A stretch of DNA of 63,422 nt, filler included, from Octopus bimaculoides (Eukaryota): the NCBI RefSeq assembly GCF_001194135.2. It is 7 parts of 6 records of this genome, joined end to end, with 100 filler letters (N's around TTAATTAATTAA, not from the genome) between each part and the next. Parts side by side here need not be neighbours in the genome. Positions count along the whole stretch, not along the records: positions 35,511 to 41,278 come from NC_069005.1; positions 41,379 to 57,739 come from NC_068981.1; 5 more parts are not named here. One strand, given 5' to 3'. Positions 37,421-50,609 of this stretch are shown here, piece after piece. The notes below the pieces were generated by a model. It did not search any database. It was not told where the DNA came from and worked only from the letters and a program-made list of their open reading frames with translations. Every line of letters starts with the position of its first letter. The first letter of the stretch is position 1. The position numbers and the translations under genes were made by a program.

Positions 37421-37492
<72 letters not shown>

Positions 37493-37725
37493 NNNNNNNN
37501 NNNNNNNNNNNNNNNNNNNNNNNNNNNNNNNNNNNNNNNNNNNNNNNNNNNNNNNNNNNNNNNNNNNNNNNNNNNNNNNNNNNNNNNNNNNNNNNNNNNN
37601 NNNNNNNNNNNNNNNNNNNNNNNNNNNNNNNNNNNNNNNNNNNNNNNNNNNNNNNNNNNNNNNNNNNNNNNNNNNNNNNNNNNNNNNNTTCTCACACACA
37701 CATTCTCTCTGTCTGTCACACATGT

Positions 37726-37728
37726 ATC

Positions 37729-37799
<71 letters not shown>

Positions 37800-37873
37800 C
37801 AGACAGATAGATAGACAAACAGACAGACAGGCAGGCAGACAGACAGACAGACAGACAGACGGACGGACGGACG

Positions 37874-37911
<38 letters not shown>

Positions 37912-37935
37912 TAGATAGATAGATAGATAGATGGA
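37726..37935. repeat. Compound tetranucleotide microsatellite (GATA)n-(GACA)n-(GACG)n-(GACA)n-(GATA)n
   Basis: Directly visible. Confidence 0.95.
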
Positions 37936-37974
37936 TAGATCCTTTGCATAAGGCCTGGCTGGAGGCCCAACCTT

Positions 37975-38132
37975 GCGAGTTTTTTTTTTACAGGACTTAA
38001 AAAACTTGAGAACCGCTGCGATAAGTGTGTGAATCTGGGAGAGGAATATATTAAATAAAATCGTAATTAATCAATTGATCTTTTTGTATTCTCTTTTACT
38101 CAAAGCCAGCAAATTTTCAGCAACACCCTCGT
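37975..38132 (+). mobile_element. Mariner 3'-terminal fragment
   Basis: GLKKLENRCDKCVNLGEEYIK* followed by a TIR-like AATTTTCAGCAACACCCTCG. Confidence 0.75.
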
Positions 38133-38149
38133 GTGCGTGCGCACGCGCG

Positions 38150-38352
38150 TGTGTGCTTGTTCCGTATCACTGTTTGACAACTGGTGTTTATGCCCCGTAA
38201 CGCAGCAGTCAGTTCAGCAACAGTGACAAATAGAATAGGAATCAGGTTAAAAAATAAAAATCAAAAGTACCGGGATTGATAAGTTCGGCTAAAACTTTTC
38301 AAGGCGGTGCTGTAGCATTGCCGCAGTCGAATGACTGAAACACGGAAAAGAT
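38150..38352 (+). mobile_element. SINE family A, 3' half
   Basis: TTTGACAACTGGTGTTTATGCCCCGTAAC...AAGGCGGTGCTGTAGCATTGCCGCAGTCGAATGACTGAAAC. Confidence 0.8.
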
Positions 38353-39639
38353 TAACGAAATATAAATGGACACATTTGAATGTACTCACCACTAAATGTA
38401 TAAGGAAACATCACTCTAAACCAAAGCGTCTCAGCTTTTAGAGTGAGTGCAATTTCCCCGGTTGAGAATCACTGTATAAGACGATTATGCTATATTCATA
38501 TGTTAATCGTAGCGGTTTTTTTTTTAAATGTGTATTTAAAATATAAATATTCTAATAATCTGTGTATCATACTTAATGCAGAAACATCGCAGAAATCCAA
38601 ATGAACTACGGTACTGGTCCTGGGATATCTCTTATGGACGTATTGTGTTATATAGCACAAAAATATATCAGCACCAGACGAAAACCGTCTAGCAGAGGAT
38701 GTGGTACTGCTAGATAAGTATTTCTGCTCCTTTGGGCTTCGTCAGTAGTATCGACCTGCTAGCAAACAGCGCTTCTAAGAAAATTCATCTCCACTCAAAA
38801 CGCTCCACAGCATCCACTTAACATTTGCCTCCCCTCCTCCTGGGAATTCACAAAGCCCTTGTAACCAAGGGACTTCTATTGCTCTTGGTTAATAATCACA
38901 GCACAAGACGTTTATATCCTCCTCATATCTGAATTCTAGCAAAGATATTTTTAAAAGCATTTAAACTATAAGCACTGTATACATGGTGCGCCACCGGTGG
39001 TCACGTAACATAAGAGAGGCAATCCGTTCTAGATTAAGCTAAGGTGGATTTGTAAGTTTGAAATTTACAGCAAAGAATGAACAAGGCTTACAGAATATAA
39101 ACATTGAATATATATATTGTTTTCTTACACAGTTTAAAAATCTTTAAATTTCCAGTCGTTGGTAATCATGTATAGCACTGTTTTCATCCTTCTTGAGAAT
39201 CGTCAGCACTGCTTAACTCGAGGCAAATAAATTTAACTAAATTAAACATTTTACGAAGTGAGACAATTCTTATTGGGAGAAAATAACTTAGTTCAAAAAG
39301 CATTCATTTTCTCTGCCCCATCGTAGACATTATACTTGAGTTAAATAATGTGTTTGTAAGATAACTCATGATCCCTCCACTCCTACCCTAAAGCATCAAC
39401 TTGATATTCATCCTCTATAACTCTGAATTTACTAGGCCCTTCCTGCCAAGGGAGTGCTATCTCGTTGCGATTAGGAGTCACTGCACTAGACGTTTCTCGT
39501 ATGTGTAGTTATATATGTGTGACTGTAAAAACAGATTACAGGGATGTGGTTAAACATCTCCAGCTGGAGAAATAGTACTTAATGGTTGATAACAGCAGTG
39601 CACTAAACGAGTGACTACTCACACGTCACGGGCAGTGGT

Positions 39640-40008
39640 GATAGTGATGGTGGGGTGGGGTGGCAGAGGCGGCGGCAGTGATGATAGCGGTAGCAGTAAT
39701 GGTGATGGTGGTGGTGGTGGCAATGGTGGTGGTAGTGGTGGCGGTGGTGGTGGTAGTCGTCGTCGTCGTGTCGGTGACGGCACCAGTTGCAGTAGCAGTG
39801 GCGGTAGTAGTGACGGTGGTGGAGGCGGTGATGGTGGTAGTTTAGTTGTTGTTGTTATTGTTGTTATTGTTGTGGTGATGGTGGTGGTGGTGGTGGTGGT
39901 GGTGGTAGTTGTGATGCTAGTGGTAGCGGTGATGATAGTAGTGATGGTGGTGATGGAGTTGACGGTGGTGGTAGTGGTGGTGACGGTGGAGGTGGTGGTT
40001 GTGGCATG
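39640..40008. repeat. G-rich compound trinucleotide low-complexity tract (GGT/GGC/GTT/GAT)
   Basis: Directly visible; the overlapping ORFs are homopolymeric. Confidence 0.9.
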
Positions 40009-40439
40009 ATAGGGGTAGATATTGTTGTATAAGGAGTGGAGTGGAGTAAACATGACACTGAGATGAAATAGGGACCTTCTTCAGGTGTGGATCTCCTGCA
40101 AAGATATGAGAAGAAACAAAGCGAATGCTGTGAAGCTGTAAATGGAATAAGATTATCGTGAGTAAATCTTAGCTATAGAAGTGAGTGTGAGAGTGAGTGT
40201 GAGAGTGAGTGTGAGAGTGAGTGTGAGTGAAAGTGTGCGCAGGCGTGACTGTGGGGTTACGCAGTTCGCTTTGTAACGACGCAGTTTCGACTTCAGTCAC
40301 ACCGAGAAACACATTGGGCAAATGTCTCTTACATAACCTCGGACAGACCAGTGCTTTGTGAGTGAATTTGATAGGAAACTGAATGGAATCCCGTCGTGTG
40401 TGTGCGTGTGCATAGCTTTGTGTTTCTGTCCTCCTCCCC

Positions 40440-40627
40440 ATCACTTAAAAACCTACGTTGGTTTCTTTACGTTGCCATAACTTAGCGGTTTAGCTAAACA
40501 TACCGATACAATAAGTACCAGACTTTAAGAAAAAAAAACTTAAGTACTGAGGTTGATTTCTTCAACGAAATCCATGAAGGCAATACCCCAGTATGGCCTC
40601 AGTTCAATCACTGAAGGCAGTCAAAGA
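40440..40627 (+). mobile_element. SINE family A, 3' half
   Basis: CATAACTTAGCGGTTTAGCTAAAC...AATAAGTACCAGAC...CCAGTATGGCC. Confidence 0.7.
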
Positions 40628-40638
40628 ATTTACACACA

Positions 40639-40688
<50 letters not shown>

Positions 40689-41013
40689 NNNNNNNNNNNN
40701 NNNNNNNNNNNNNNNNNNNNNNNNNNNNNNNNNNNNNNNNNNNNNNNNNNNNNNNNNNNNNNNNNNNNNNNNNNNNNNNNNNNNNNNNNNNNNNNNNNNN
40801 NNNNNNNNNNNNNNNNNNNNNNNNNNNNNNNNNNNNNNNNNNNNNNNNNNNNNNNNNNNNNNNNNNNNNNNNNNNNNNNNNNNNNNNNNNNNNNNNNNNN
40901 NNNNNNNNNNNNNNNNNNNACGTGAATAACCAGCTGGAGGATACCTCTTCCAGATGGTTTGGTTTTATATATATATATATATAGATAATCATAAATATAT
41001 AGGGATTGACAGT

Positions 41014-41278
41014 AACCTGCTTCTCCAACATACTGAGAATTCAGAAATAGCAGCCAAAGAACTACTGATTCCAAAACTACAAATTTTACTCAAAATTGAT
41101 AGCGATATTTTTGATACACACAGAACAAAGGCAAGTGGTTTTTTTACTCTTCTCTACTGTTTTTTGTTCTGTGTGTATCAAAAACATCGCTATCAATTTA
41201 GAGTAAAATTTGTAGTTTTGGAATCAGTAGTTCTTTGGCTGCTATTTCTGAATTCTCAGTATGTTGGAGAAGCAGGTT
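41014..41278. repeat. Long inverted repeat (116-bp arms, 114/116 identical, 33-bp spacer)
   Basis: 41014-41129 versus the reverse complement of 41163-41278, compared base by base; right arm cut by the gap. Confidence 0.95.
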
Positions 41279-41378
41279 NNNNNNNNNNNNNNNNNNNNNN
41301 NNNNNNNNNNNNNNNNNNNNNNTTAATTAATTAANNNNNNNNNNNNNNNNNNNNNNNNNNNNNNNNNNNNNNNNNNNN
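41279..41378. other. Artificial scaffold spacer
   Basis: 44 N + TTAATTAATTAA (41323-41334) + 44 N. Confidence 0.95.
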
Positions 41379-41391
41379 ATATATATATATA

Positions 41392-42088
41392 TACACGTGA
41401 TCTGATCAATAGTAACGAAATTAAAGTACGCAGACGGAAGGCACTTGGCGCAGATTGACCTTGAACTGTGCTGTGCCTGAGTTTTAACGTTCTACCTCAC
41501 TTCCGCTGTTTACAGTAGTGCTTGGAAGGAACGTGTGTAGCGTGTGATCGTCGTATTGACCATGACAGAGAAAGATGAGCAGAGAATCTGCATCAAAATT
41601 TGACAAAAGCTTGGCGATAGCTACTGAGAGGCCTGCGCAAAGTTTGCAAAACGTTTTCATCGTTCAAGGGGTTCTCGTGCAACTGAAGCCCGAGTGTCTT
41701 TTCGGTCAGCTGTAAGTAGTTTTGGCACAAACTTGGCTGTCATGCGTCTCATACGGAAATCCACAGTGATAATGGATTGAACTGAACTAGTCAGCAGTTC
41801 TGGTAGCTTTTGGATGGTGATTCCACAATTTCCCCTCATGGCTGTACGCACATCTGCGATATTTTTCTCAGGTCTGCTGGTTGCGGGTCTCGCAGAACGT
41901 TCGTCAATATCGACATGTTTTCGGCCATCTTGGAAACGTCTGAACCACTTGTACACTCTCTATATACTTTCTGCACCTTTGCGTGGGCCTCAGAGCAGGT
42001 ATCGCCATGGCAACTTTTTCTGTCAAATCAATACGACGATCACACGCTACACACGTTAATTTTGGATATTTATTGATCAGACCTCGTA
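41392..42088. mobile_element. Non-autonomous two-headed mariner derivative, copy 1
   Basis: Both ends carry TCTGATCAATA in inverted orientation with flanking TA. Left arm (+) reads MTEKDEQRICIK; right arm (-) reads MTEKV...YKWFRRFQDGR...DERSARP...FVPKLL...NDENVLQT. Confidence 0.88.
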
Positions 42089-42583
42089 TACACACACACA
42101 CACACACACATACACACGCATAAATTCGATTAGAGGTTGTGTTTACCTCATGAAGGGATGGTTTCATCCAAGGAAATACTGGTTCAATACCTAGTATTTT
42201 TAGGGAATTAATCTCCTTAAAATAATGGGTATATATTTATAAAACATATAGTTTAAATTCACATAAAGGAAGAAAAAGAAAATGGAGATTGGGAAGTTAA
42301 TAATTGTTTTTTTTTTAACAGATTAATCATCATCACTTACAGCTGTTTCAATTAATACTCAGTAAGTATTAAGTAAATATTAAATTTATATGATATGGCA
42401 TAATATTTTCAGAGCGAAAAAGTGTACGCATTGATGCTTTATATGTGTTTATGGATTCATTATAGTAGACTGAACCATTAATACTGAGTATTAATTGGAA
42501 CAGTTATTAGTGATGATGGTTAATTTGCTGTTAATAATAAACGATTATTAACCTCTCAATCTCCATTTTCTTCTTGTTATTTT

Positions 42584-42639
<56 letters not shown>

Positions 42640-42705
42640 TATCTAAGTTATATACGCACACACGCTATCAGATATTCATATACATACGGATATATATAAG
42701 TACAA

Positions 42706-42769
<64 letters not shown>

Positions 42770-43382
42770 GCTGTTGTTGTTGTTGTTGTTGTTTAAACTA
42801 TAAATGACTCTGTTTTCCTGATATTTTTTCTAATTGCGAGCAGTACTGTCTGAGCGTTAATTTTCTTTATTCTATATTCTTAGGGAGCGAAAAAATTATT
42901 ATACTGTCCTCCAAAATATGACATCATAGATTTTCTCTTAATGACATGCAGAAGGTTATATCTTTGTTTAGTGTAATAAATAAGGCTTAGTCTAATAGAA
43001 TGCAATCACCTTTACAGTCTACTGAGAACGGCTGTAAATGGTTTGTACTGTCAATTCACTATTCATATCTCAACTGTGAATTGGCCGCTTTGCTCGACGT
43101 CATTTCCATAATATGTGTGAGTGTGTGTATGTGTATGAAGCATGAGTGGATAATTAAGAAGTTTACTTGGAAATAATGATGTGCTGCGTTCGATTTCGCT
43201 GCAAGGCATCTTCGGCAATTGCCAGTTTTCAAAAGGTTCTGGATGTCCCATTATCGTGAAGTGATAAAGTAAACTATGAGAAAGATAATCGAATAGAATG
43301 CACATTCAATGTCGTACAGTTTACACCAGTAAATTACGCTAAGGGTAACTGGAATACGCAAAAACTTTACGCTAATTCAATA

Positions 43383-44115
43383 CGTATGTAGCGTGTGATC
43401 GTCGCATTGATCATGACAGAGAAAAATGAGCAGAGAATATGCATCAAATTTTGACAAAAGTTTGGCGATACCTGGTTAGAGGCTTACGCAAAGTTTTCAA
43501 AAAGTTTTCATTGTTCTCGACACAATCAAGGAGATCTTGTGCAACTGAAACCCCAGTATTCTTTTGGTCAGCTGAAAGCAGTTTTGGCACAAACTTGGCA
43601 GACACGCGTCTCATGCCCCAATCCTCAGTGATAATGAACTGAACTGAGCCGTAACTAATCTGCACATCCTTCGATAACTCACGGATGGTGATTCAACGAT
43701 TTCCGCTCACAGCTGCACGCACATCTGTTATATTTTTCTTAGTCCTGTTGGTTGCTGATCTCGCAGAACGTTCGTCAATATCGACATGTTTTCGGCCATC
43801 TTAGAAATGTCTGAACCACTTGTACACTTCTGTGCGACTCTTACACTTCTCTCCATACACTTTCTGGAATTTTGCGTAGGCACCTCAATAGGTATCACCA
43901 TGACAACTTTTTCTGTCATGGTCAAATCGACGATCACACACTACACACCTTCCTTCCAAGCACTGCTGTAAACAGTGGAAGTGAAGTAGAACGTTAAAAC
44001 TTAGTGCGCATGCACAGCAAAGATCATGGTCAATCTTTGCCGGGGGACTTCACTTTGCGTGATCTAACTTCATTACCATGGTAACAGCCCGTGTACTTAT
44101 TAATCAAACCTCATA
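43383..44115. mobile_element. Non-autonomous two-headed mariner derivative, copy 2
   Basis: Same architecture, inversion junction and long-arm deletion as copy 1; full right UTR/TIR, left UTR truncated. Confidence 0.88.
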
Positions 44116-44195
44116 TATATATNNNNNNNNNNNNNNNNNNNNNNNNNNNNNNNNNNNNNNNNNNNNNNNNNNNNNNNNNNNNNNNNNNNNNNNNN

Positions 44196-44372
44196 TATTC
44201 AAATTTACAAAAAAAACAACGAAAGACAAAGACAGACGAAGGAACAGCAAGCAGGTGTAATAGCTTAATGCTAGAGAAGAATGAAAAAGTCTTTAACGTA
44301 TCGAACCAGCGCTCTCCGACAGAAAGGATTGAGAAAAAGAAAAACGTAGAAAAAAGGCTGTAAGGATATTAT
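44196..44372 (-). mobile_element. Penelope-like terminal repeat with decayed hammerhead motif (44290-44326)
   Basis: Minus strand CCTTT-CTGTCGG-A-GAGC-GCTG-GTTC-GATA-CG-TT-AAAGA; homologous to 54845-55007 (also shares ACACC-CTG...TTCGTCT downstream); next to a TA run and gap. Confidence 0.6.
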
Positions 44373-44399
44373 ATGTGGAGGGGGGGCGTGTGTGTGTGT

Positions 44400-44609
44400 G
44401 TATGCGTGTGCGCGTGCCAGTGTGTTTGTGTACGCGTGCTTGCTGGCTTTGCTTTGTTTACGCTCACGTAACCTAGCAGTTCAGCAAAAGAGGCTGATAG
44501 GATAATTACCGGACTTTAAAATAAGTTGTAGGCCGATTTGTTTATCTAATTTTCTCAAGCTGGTGCTCCAGCATGGCCATACTTCAATGATTGAAAGAAG
44601 TAAAAGATA
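44400..44609 (+). mobile_element. SINE family A, 3' half
   Basis: CGTAACCTAGCAGTTCAGCAAAAGAG...GGTGCTCCAGCATGGCC...GAAAGAAGTAAAAGA. Confidence 0.8.
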
Positions 44610-45940
44610 ACATGCCCTTCTGTTTTTCAGACGATATAGCGCAATTCGATGAAAATCTCGCTGCTATTTCTAGTCTTTCAAGCATCTTCGCCGAGTCTCC
44701 CACGAATAGTCGTGTGGGAAGGGTTATTGATTCTCGGCTGACGCATGTTTCCTTGACGTACGCCCTAATCATGACTTTCAGAGAAGCATGGCCGTCAGCA
44801 TTTCATCTTTACTGTTGTACCTAAATAATACAGCTTTTGTTACTTGTGAAAAACAAAACCAATTCTTCTAAACTAGAAACTGCAAGAACAGTCATGTGTA
44901 AAGTCTTTAATTTTGTATATAGTTTTGTTACACACCGAAGTTCAAATCCTATTGATGGCCAATGTATCTTTAAAATTGTATTTCAAATTAGGAAGTGACC
45001 AAACATTTACATAGAGTTAATATATTTCCTATGCTATATCGTGTGTTATGTAATTTATCAAGTACAGTTTTCACAAGCATATTTATTTCTATAAAAAAAA
45101 TACAGGATTATATATAAATAACCTAACCTAGTTGTCTTTTTTTTTTTTCGATCTAACTTATCCAGAGGATAACTTTCATCGAACTGAGCTCTGTACAAAT
45201 GCACTCAAGTCGTGATCATTTCATTCTTTTGTATTACTCAGGAATAAATTGAATATTGTTTTCTGCCTTTTTTTTAAGTGGACAGTGGGTGATTTAACGG
45301 AACATATACAACTATTACTTGCACAAATATTTCTCCAAAACATTAACATGAATTTACCTGTAATAGTCTGGAATTATATATTTCGTTATGATTATTAATA
45401 TTTTAATATTTTTGTTCCGATAGCCGTATACTACAGGAAAAGAAAAGCCAAAGAGTAGCAGTTTCTGAAAATGAAATTACAAAAGAGGAATTTATAAAAT
45501 AAAGAAGCTGTTGTATAGAAAAGTTCCCATGACCGTATGTTAGTTGACAACATCACGGTACTATTGCGATAGATAATGTTTTTCTGTATTTTCACCATGT
45601 TTCAAACAGAATACTTGTAACACATAGCAATATAAACAAATTTTATTATGATACACAGATGTGAGTCATTTCAAATAAATTTAAAAAATATAGTCAGCTA
45701 TTCATATAGTATACGATAAAATCTGATGATTTACACCAACAGCTTTACACACTTAAAAAGCACTTATTAAAATAAATAAAACTTTGTTAATACATCCACA
45801 ACAAAAGTCCATGAATACCAACTAAGCAAAACTTTTATACAAACATTTGTATGATTCAATTGGTTTGCCCTCATTGTCTTTGGAAAGTATTACTAATGCT
45901 AGAAACGAGATCAAAACGTTTTATGAAATATAAAGTTATT

Positions 45941-45979
<39 letters not shown>

Positions 45980-46207
45980 NNNNNNNNNNNNNNNNNNNNN
46001 NNNNNNNNNNNNNNNNNNNNNNNNNNNNNNNNNNNNNNNNNNNNNNNNNNNNNNNNNNNNNNNNNNNNNNNNNNNNNNNNNNNNNNNNNNNNNNNNNNNN
46101 NNNNNNNNNNNNNNNNNNNNNNNNNNNNNNNNNNNNNNNNNNNNNNNNNNNNNNNNNNNNNNNNNNNNNNNNNNNNNNNNNNNNNNNNNNNNNNNNNNNN
46201 NNNNNNN

Positions 46208-46252
<45 letters not shown>

Positions 46253-46460
46253 ATGTACATATGTAAATGTCTATGATTGTCGTATAAGTGATATGGCATC
46301 AGATTCGACGGAAGGCAGGAGGTACTCGTAAATCGGCAGCCTGGCATGTGCTAGTTACGTACTACCGTCAGACGGTCTTTGTTCTTTAACTCTGCCACAT
46401 TAGTACTTACAATGTAGAATATTTCTTGGTGTGTTTATAAATGTTTTATAAACATAACAA

Positions 46461-47038
46461 TCAAGTCCAGCAAAAGTCAACTGTGGTGTCTCTTAGGGGA
46501 CTGTCTTGGGCCCGCTCCTCTTTATAATCTACATAAACGACCTTTCCACCGTCGTAAAACATTGCAAAGTGAAAATATTTGCTAATGACAATAAGCTCCA
46601 GCAAATCATAAATGAAGAAGAAGACCGAACTCAACTCCAGTCTGATCTATATGCGATGAGTCAAGGGGCAGACAAAAACACAATGCAACTAACGAGGGTA
46701 AATTTGAACTGATGCATTTTGGAAGAAAGAGTATACCAAAACAGCCATAATCTCTTCTTTCAGGGGAACCGCTCAGACATCTAATAATATCAGAGACCTA
46801 GGAGTAATTGTTGATAACAATCTCATTTGGAGTACCCACATCAACAATAAAGTTGATATAGCTCGTAGGATGATCTCATGGATGTTAAGAACCTTCTGGT
46901 CCAGAGAACAAGGTGTCATCATTCTACTTTTCTCCTCCGTTGTACGGCCGCACCTCGAATACTGCTGCCCTCTGTGGTCTCTCCACACAAAACAAGACAT
47001 CTCGAAAATTGAATCACCCCAGAGGGTATTCACTAAAA
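46461..47038 (+). pseudogene. CR1/L2-group LINE reverse transcriptase, C-terminal half
   Basis: SSPAKVNCGVS*GTVLGPLLFIIYINDL...KIFANDNKL (decayed YADD)...LQSDL...IRDLGVIVDNNL.WSTHI...LFSSVVRPHLEYCCPLWS...KIESPQRVFTK; stop and frameshift; cut by gap. Confidence 0.92.
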
Positions 47039-47813
47039 NNNNNNNNNNNNNNNNNNNNNNNNNNNNNNNNNNNNNNNNNNNNNNNNNNNNNNNNNNNNNN
47101 NNNNNNNNNNNNNNNNNNNNNNNNNNNNNNNNNNNNNNNNNNNNNNNNNNNNNNNNNNNNNNNNNNNNNNNNNNNNNNNNNNNNNNNNNNNNNNNNNNNN
47201 NNNNNNNNNNNNNNNNNNNNNNNNNNNNNNNNNNNNNNNNNNNNNNNNNNNNNNNNNNNNNNNNNNNNNNNNNNNNNNNNNNNNNNNNNNNNNNNNNNNN
47301 NNNNNNNNNNNNNNNNNNNNNNNNNNNNNNNNNNNNNNNNNNNNNNNNNNNNNNNNNNNNNNNNNNNNNNNNNNNNNNNNNNNNNNNNNNNNNNNNNNNN
47401 NNNNNNNNNNNNNNNNNNNNNNNNNNNNNNNNNNNNNNNNNNNNNNNNNNNNNNNNNNNNNNNNNNNNNNNNNNNNNNNNNNNNATATATATATATATAT
47501 ATATATATAAGTAGAGTTAGCGGTTGGAATATCCGTCTAAGAGATAAGAATATCCCTTCAATACTACCGGTATCAATTACCTATGTTAACCCTGGACATG
47601 GGAATGCAAGCACACTATGCTCATAGAGTACAGGTAATAACTGAATAAACAAGAGCTTATCAGAAATCAAATTAAAATACGCAGAAAATAGGGAAAACTT
47701 TTGATCAACAAACAAACAAATTGACCAGCATCAGTTAATTATTTCTTAATACAAATCTTAACACTGCACGTTGCAGTTCACGTTCATATTTTGAACAATT
47801 CAGACGGTTATTT

Positions 47814-48186
47814 GAAGCTGCTGGAGACTGTGATCAATCACTGGCTAAAGGGAATTGCTGCTGGAAGGCCATATGTGTGGCAGTAGGATTCAGCTCTTTG
47901 CCTTACCTACCAAAAGTACGAGAAATGTTTGTCAGAGATTATCTACAATTTCACTAGCCCAAATTTCTGGCCTCCGAATTCTCCCGACTATAGTCCTATG
48001 GATTACTGTGTGTAGGGTGCGGCTGAGAAAGACACCATCCGTTCTGCTTGCAACACTATAAGGCCAAGCTGATTGTCACGACTCAGGGGGTGTTCGAAGA
48101 TATTCCCAGAGACACAATGAGTAAAGTATACACAATGTCACGGAATTGCCTTTAGGTGGAAGTGAGGGCGGCTACTTTGAGTTAAG
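47814..48186 (+). pseudogene. maT/DD37D-like transposase, C-terminal fragment
   Basis: KLLETVINHWLKGIAAGRPYVWQ*DSA...FTSPNFWPPNSPDYSPMDYCV*GAAEKDT...GGYFE; WPPNSPD motif; stops and frameshifts. Confidence 0.85.
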
Positions 48187-48704
48187 TTATCTCTCAGTTA
48201 AAATGTAGTTGGTATTTGTTGATATTTGTTAATGTTTTTGTTTTTGGATGCGATATTGTGTTTTCTTTTCTTTTTATGTAAACTGTCAAATTAAGTATTA
48301 ATACTGCTTTCGCCACTAAAAATTCACTTTTGATAAGTCTACTGTCTTTTGCGACATCAGTTAGTGAAACGAAGCCGATATTCTACATATCGTAGCAGCG
48401 ATATTTGACTGTCATGCAGTGATCTGACGCTTCCCACTGATGATTCCTAATACAATGAAATCAGGTGATATGAGAGATCCTGTGCTCATGACCGACAATT
48501 CTCGTCTGCTATGACCTATATGTGTGCTTTTATGAGCCACCCATTAAACCGTCAAAAATTGAAAATTAGCTTGAAAATTAGAGTGTATCACATGAGGACA
48601 TTAGAAAGATCAGCACATAACAATTTGTCATGTCTTCTGTTACACTTTTCGTCTTAGTCAAAGGAAAACCAGACTATTTAATATTCGTGTGTATTTTTAA
48701 CCTT

Positions 48705-48985
48705 GTATTCTAATCGCTGGCACTGGTCAAACGGTATCCTTCTGTCTTTGCAAACATGGATTGATATCTCTTCAGTACATACGATTTATATACGAGTCGT
48801 ATCCAATGACTTCGTGCACCACATTTCTGTTATACAACCCGTCCTTGATTTTCCAGGACAATCATTGATAATGTTTTTAATCTGCTGGATGAAATGTGGT
48901 GTCCATATAGTGTCCGAATGTTAGGAAAATTTCTTCTGTTTGAAGTTTAAAATTCCATCCGAACTTTGTATACTGTATACATAAG
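48705..48985 (-). pseudogene. maT/DD37D-like transposase, N-terminal remnant
   Basis: Minus strand VYKVRMEF...HSDTIWTPHFIQQIKNIINDCPGKS...YKSYVLKRYQSMFAKTEGYRLTSA parallels RSDKKRT...DPSKS...YSSYKMRK at 984-1514. Confidence 0.55.
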
Positions 48986-49399
48986 ATCATACAAAATTTA
49001 GAAAGTCGACAATTTCTAAATTACTATGTTCTGCATATATGGCAATAATAATTGCATGCATTTTCATTTCTTGTGCTAGCATTTAATCTACCATGGGTGA
49101 TTCGGAAGAAAATAAAAGCCTTGAAATTGGTTTGAAGAATACGGGTATAAACATTGAAATTTGCTTTACAAATCTTGTTTACAGGTATTAGCTAACAAAT
49201 ACTACTAAACAGTGAGATGAATTATATCACTAGATATTCAACAGTAATATATGTAGAGTTTACACAAAAATACGAATAATAGAAAATAAAACGAGCAACA
49301 CTATTTCTTGCATAACACTACAATTGTTTCAGCATCGACTCAGCAGAAGAAATATTACTGATGTGCTAATTTTAGAATGCAAATTAACAAATCCTCCTC

Positions 49400-49460
49400 A
49401 TCATCATCGTCATCAACATAGTCGTCGTCGTCGTCGTCATCATCATCATCATCATCATCG

Positions 49461-49505
<45 letters not shown>
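49400..49505. repeat. (CGT)n/(CAT)n microsatellite
   Basis: Directly visible; abuts a SINE B head. Confidence 0.95.
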
Positions 49506-49506
<1 letters not shown>

Positions 49507-49510
49507 TATT

Positions 49511-49715
49511 GCGAGCTGGAAGAATCGTTAACACGCCGGGCAAAATGCTTAGTGGCATTTCGTTCGTCTTTACGTTCTAAGTTCAAATTTTGCCGAGGTC
49601 GCCTTTGCCTTTCATCCTTTCGGGGTCGATAAATTAAGTACCAGTGAAACACTGGAGTTTATACAATCGACTGGTCCCCTCCCAAAACTTTTGGCCTTGT
49701 GCCTTTAATAGAAAG
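49511..49715 (+). mobile_element. SINE family B, full length, between (CAT)n arrays
   Basis: GCGAGCTGGAAGAATCG...AAGTTCAAATTTTGCCGAGGTCG...GGCCTTGTGCCTTTAATAGAAAG, then (CAT)n(TAT)n. Confidence 0.9.
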
Positions 49716-49748
<33 letters not shown>

Positions 49749-49749
49749 A

Positions 49750-49797
<48 letters not shown>

Positions 49798-50240
49798 GTA
49801 ACACTGGTGAATTATGCCTTTTTAGGTGGTCATACACAGCGAGTAGATATGAAACGATGTGCTCGTTCATAATAACAAAAGAAACTAAATACAGAGCTCC
49901 ATAATTTGAAAGCAAGAGTGTAGGATACATATACAAAATAAAATAACAACAAATTTCTTTCGTCTATAATTTATGGAAATACATTTGCTTTTCTTTACCA
50001 ATGATTGTATTTCTATTTCCGTTTCTATTCTTTTATTCTTTAACATGTTTCAGCCCTAACGATGTGGCCGTGCTGGAGCACCAACGGTGTATATGTTAGA
50101 AAATTTTAACTATTCTTCACCTGTTTGTCTCCACAGATGTTTCGTACGTTCAAACATCAGTGAAGTTGCACCGATTCAACTTTTATATTTCCTTTAATTC
50201 CCCCTTCCTTATATTGTTTGCTTTTTGTATTCTTTACATT

Positions 50241-50302
<62 letters not shown>

Positions 50303-50578
50303 TTCTAACGCGGCTGCGGCAGATCCGTTCTAAATATTGCAGGTCTATGTTTAAGATTGGGTGTAAATCTGATTCACTCCAGACGCACGTACTGACGGGT
50401 AGTCTATACTAATTGCTTGACAACATATTGAAGCTCTTCAATTATAAAGGGACCTTCATTGGCACTCTTCTCTACACATACATAGATATATAGAAGAAGA
50501 TCATAGACACCTGCATACATAGAGAAATAAACATATGCACACATATACATACATACACACATTTTAAACATTCATACA

Positions 50579-50609
<31 letters not shown>

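Noticed and set aside
39611-40058. Mucin-, Pro/Thr- or Gly-rich ORFs
   Set aside because: Both strands are open only because of stop-free trinucleotide repeats; no splice or composition evidence for a gene.
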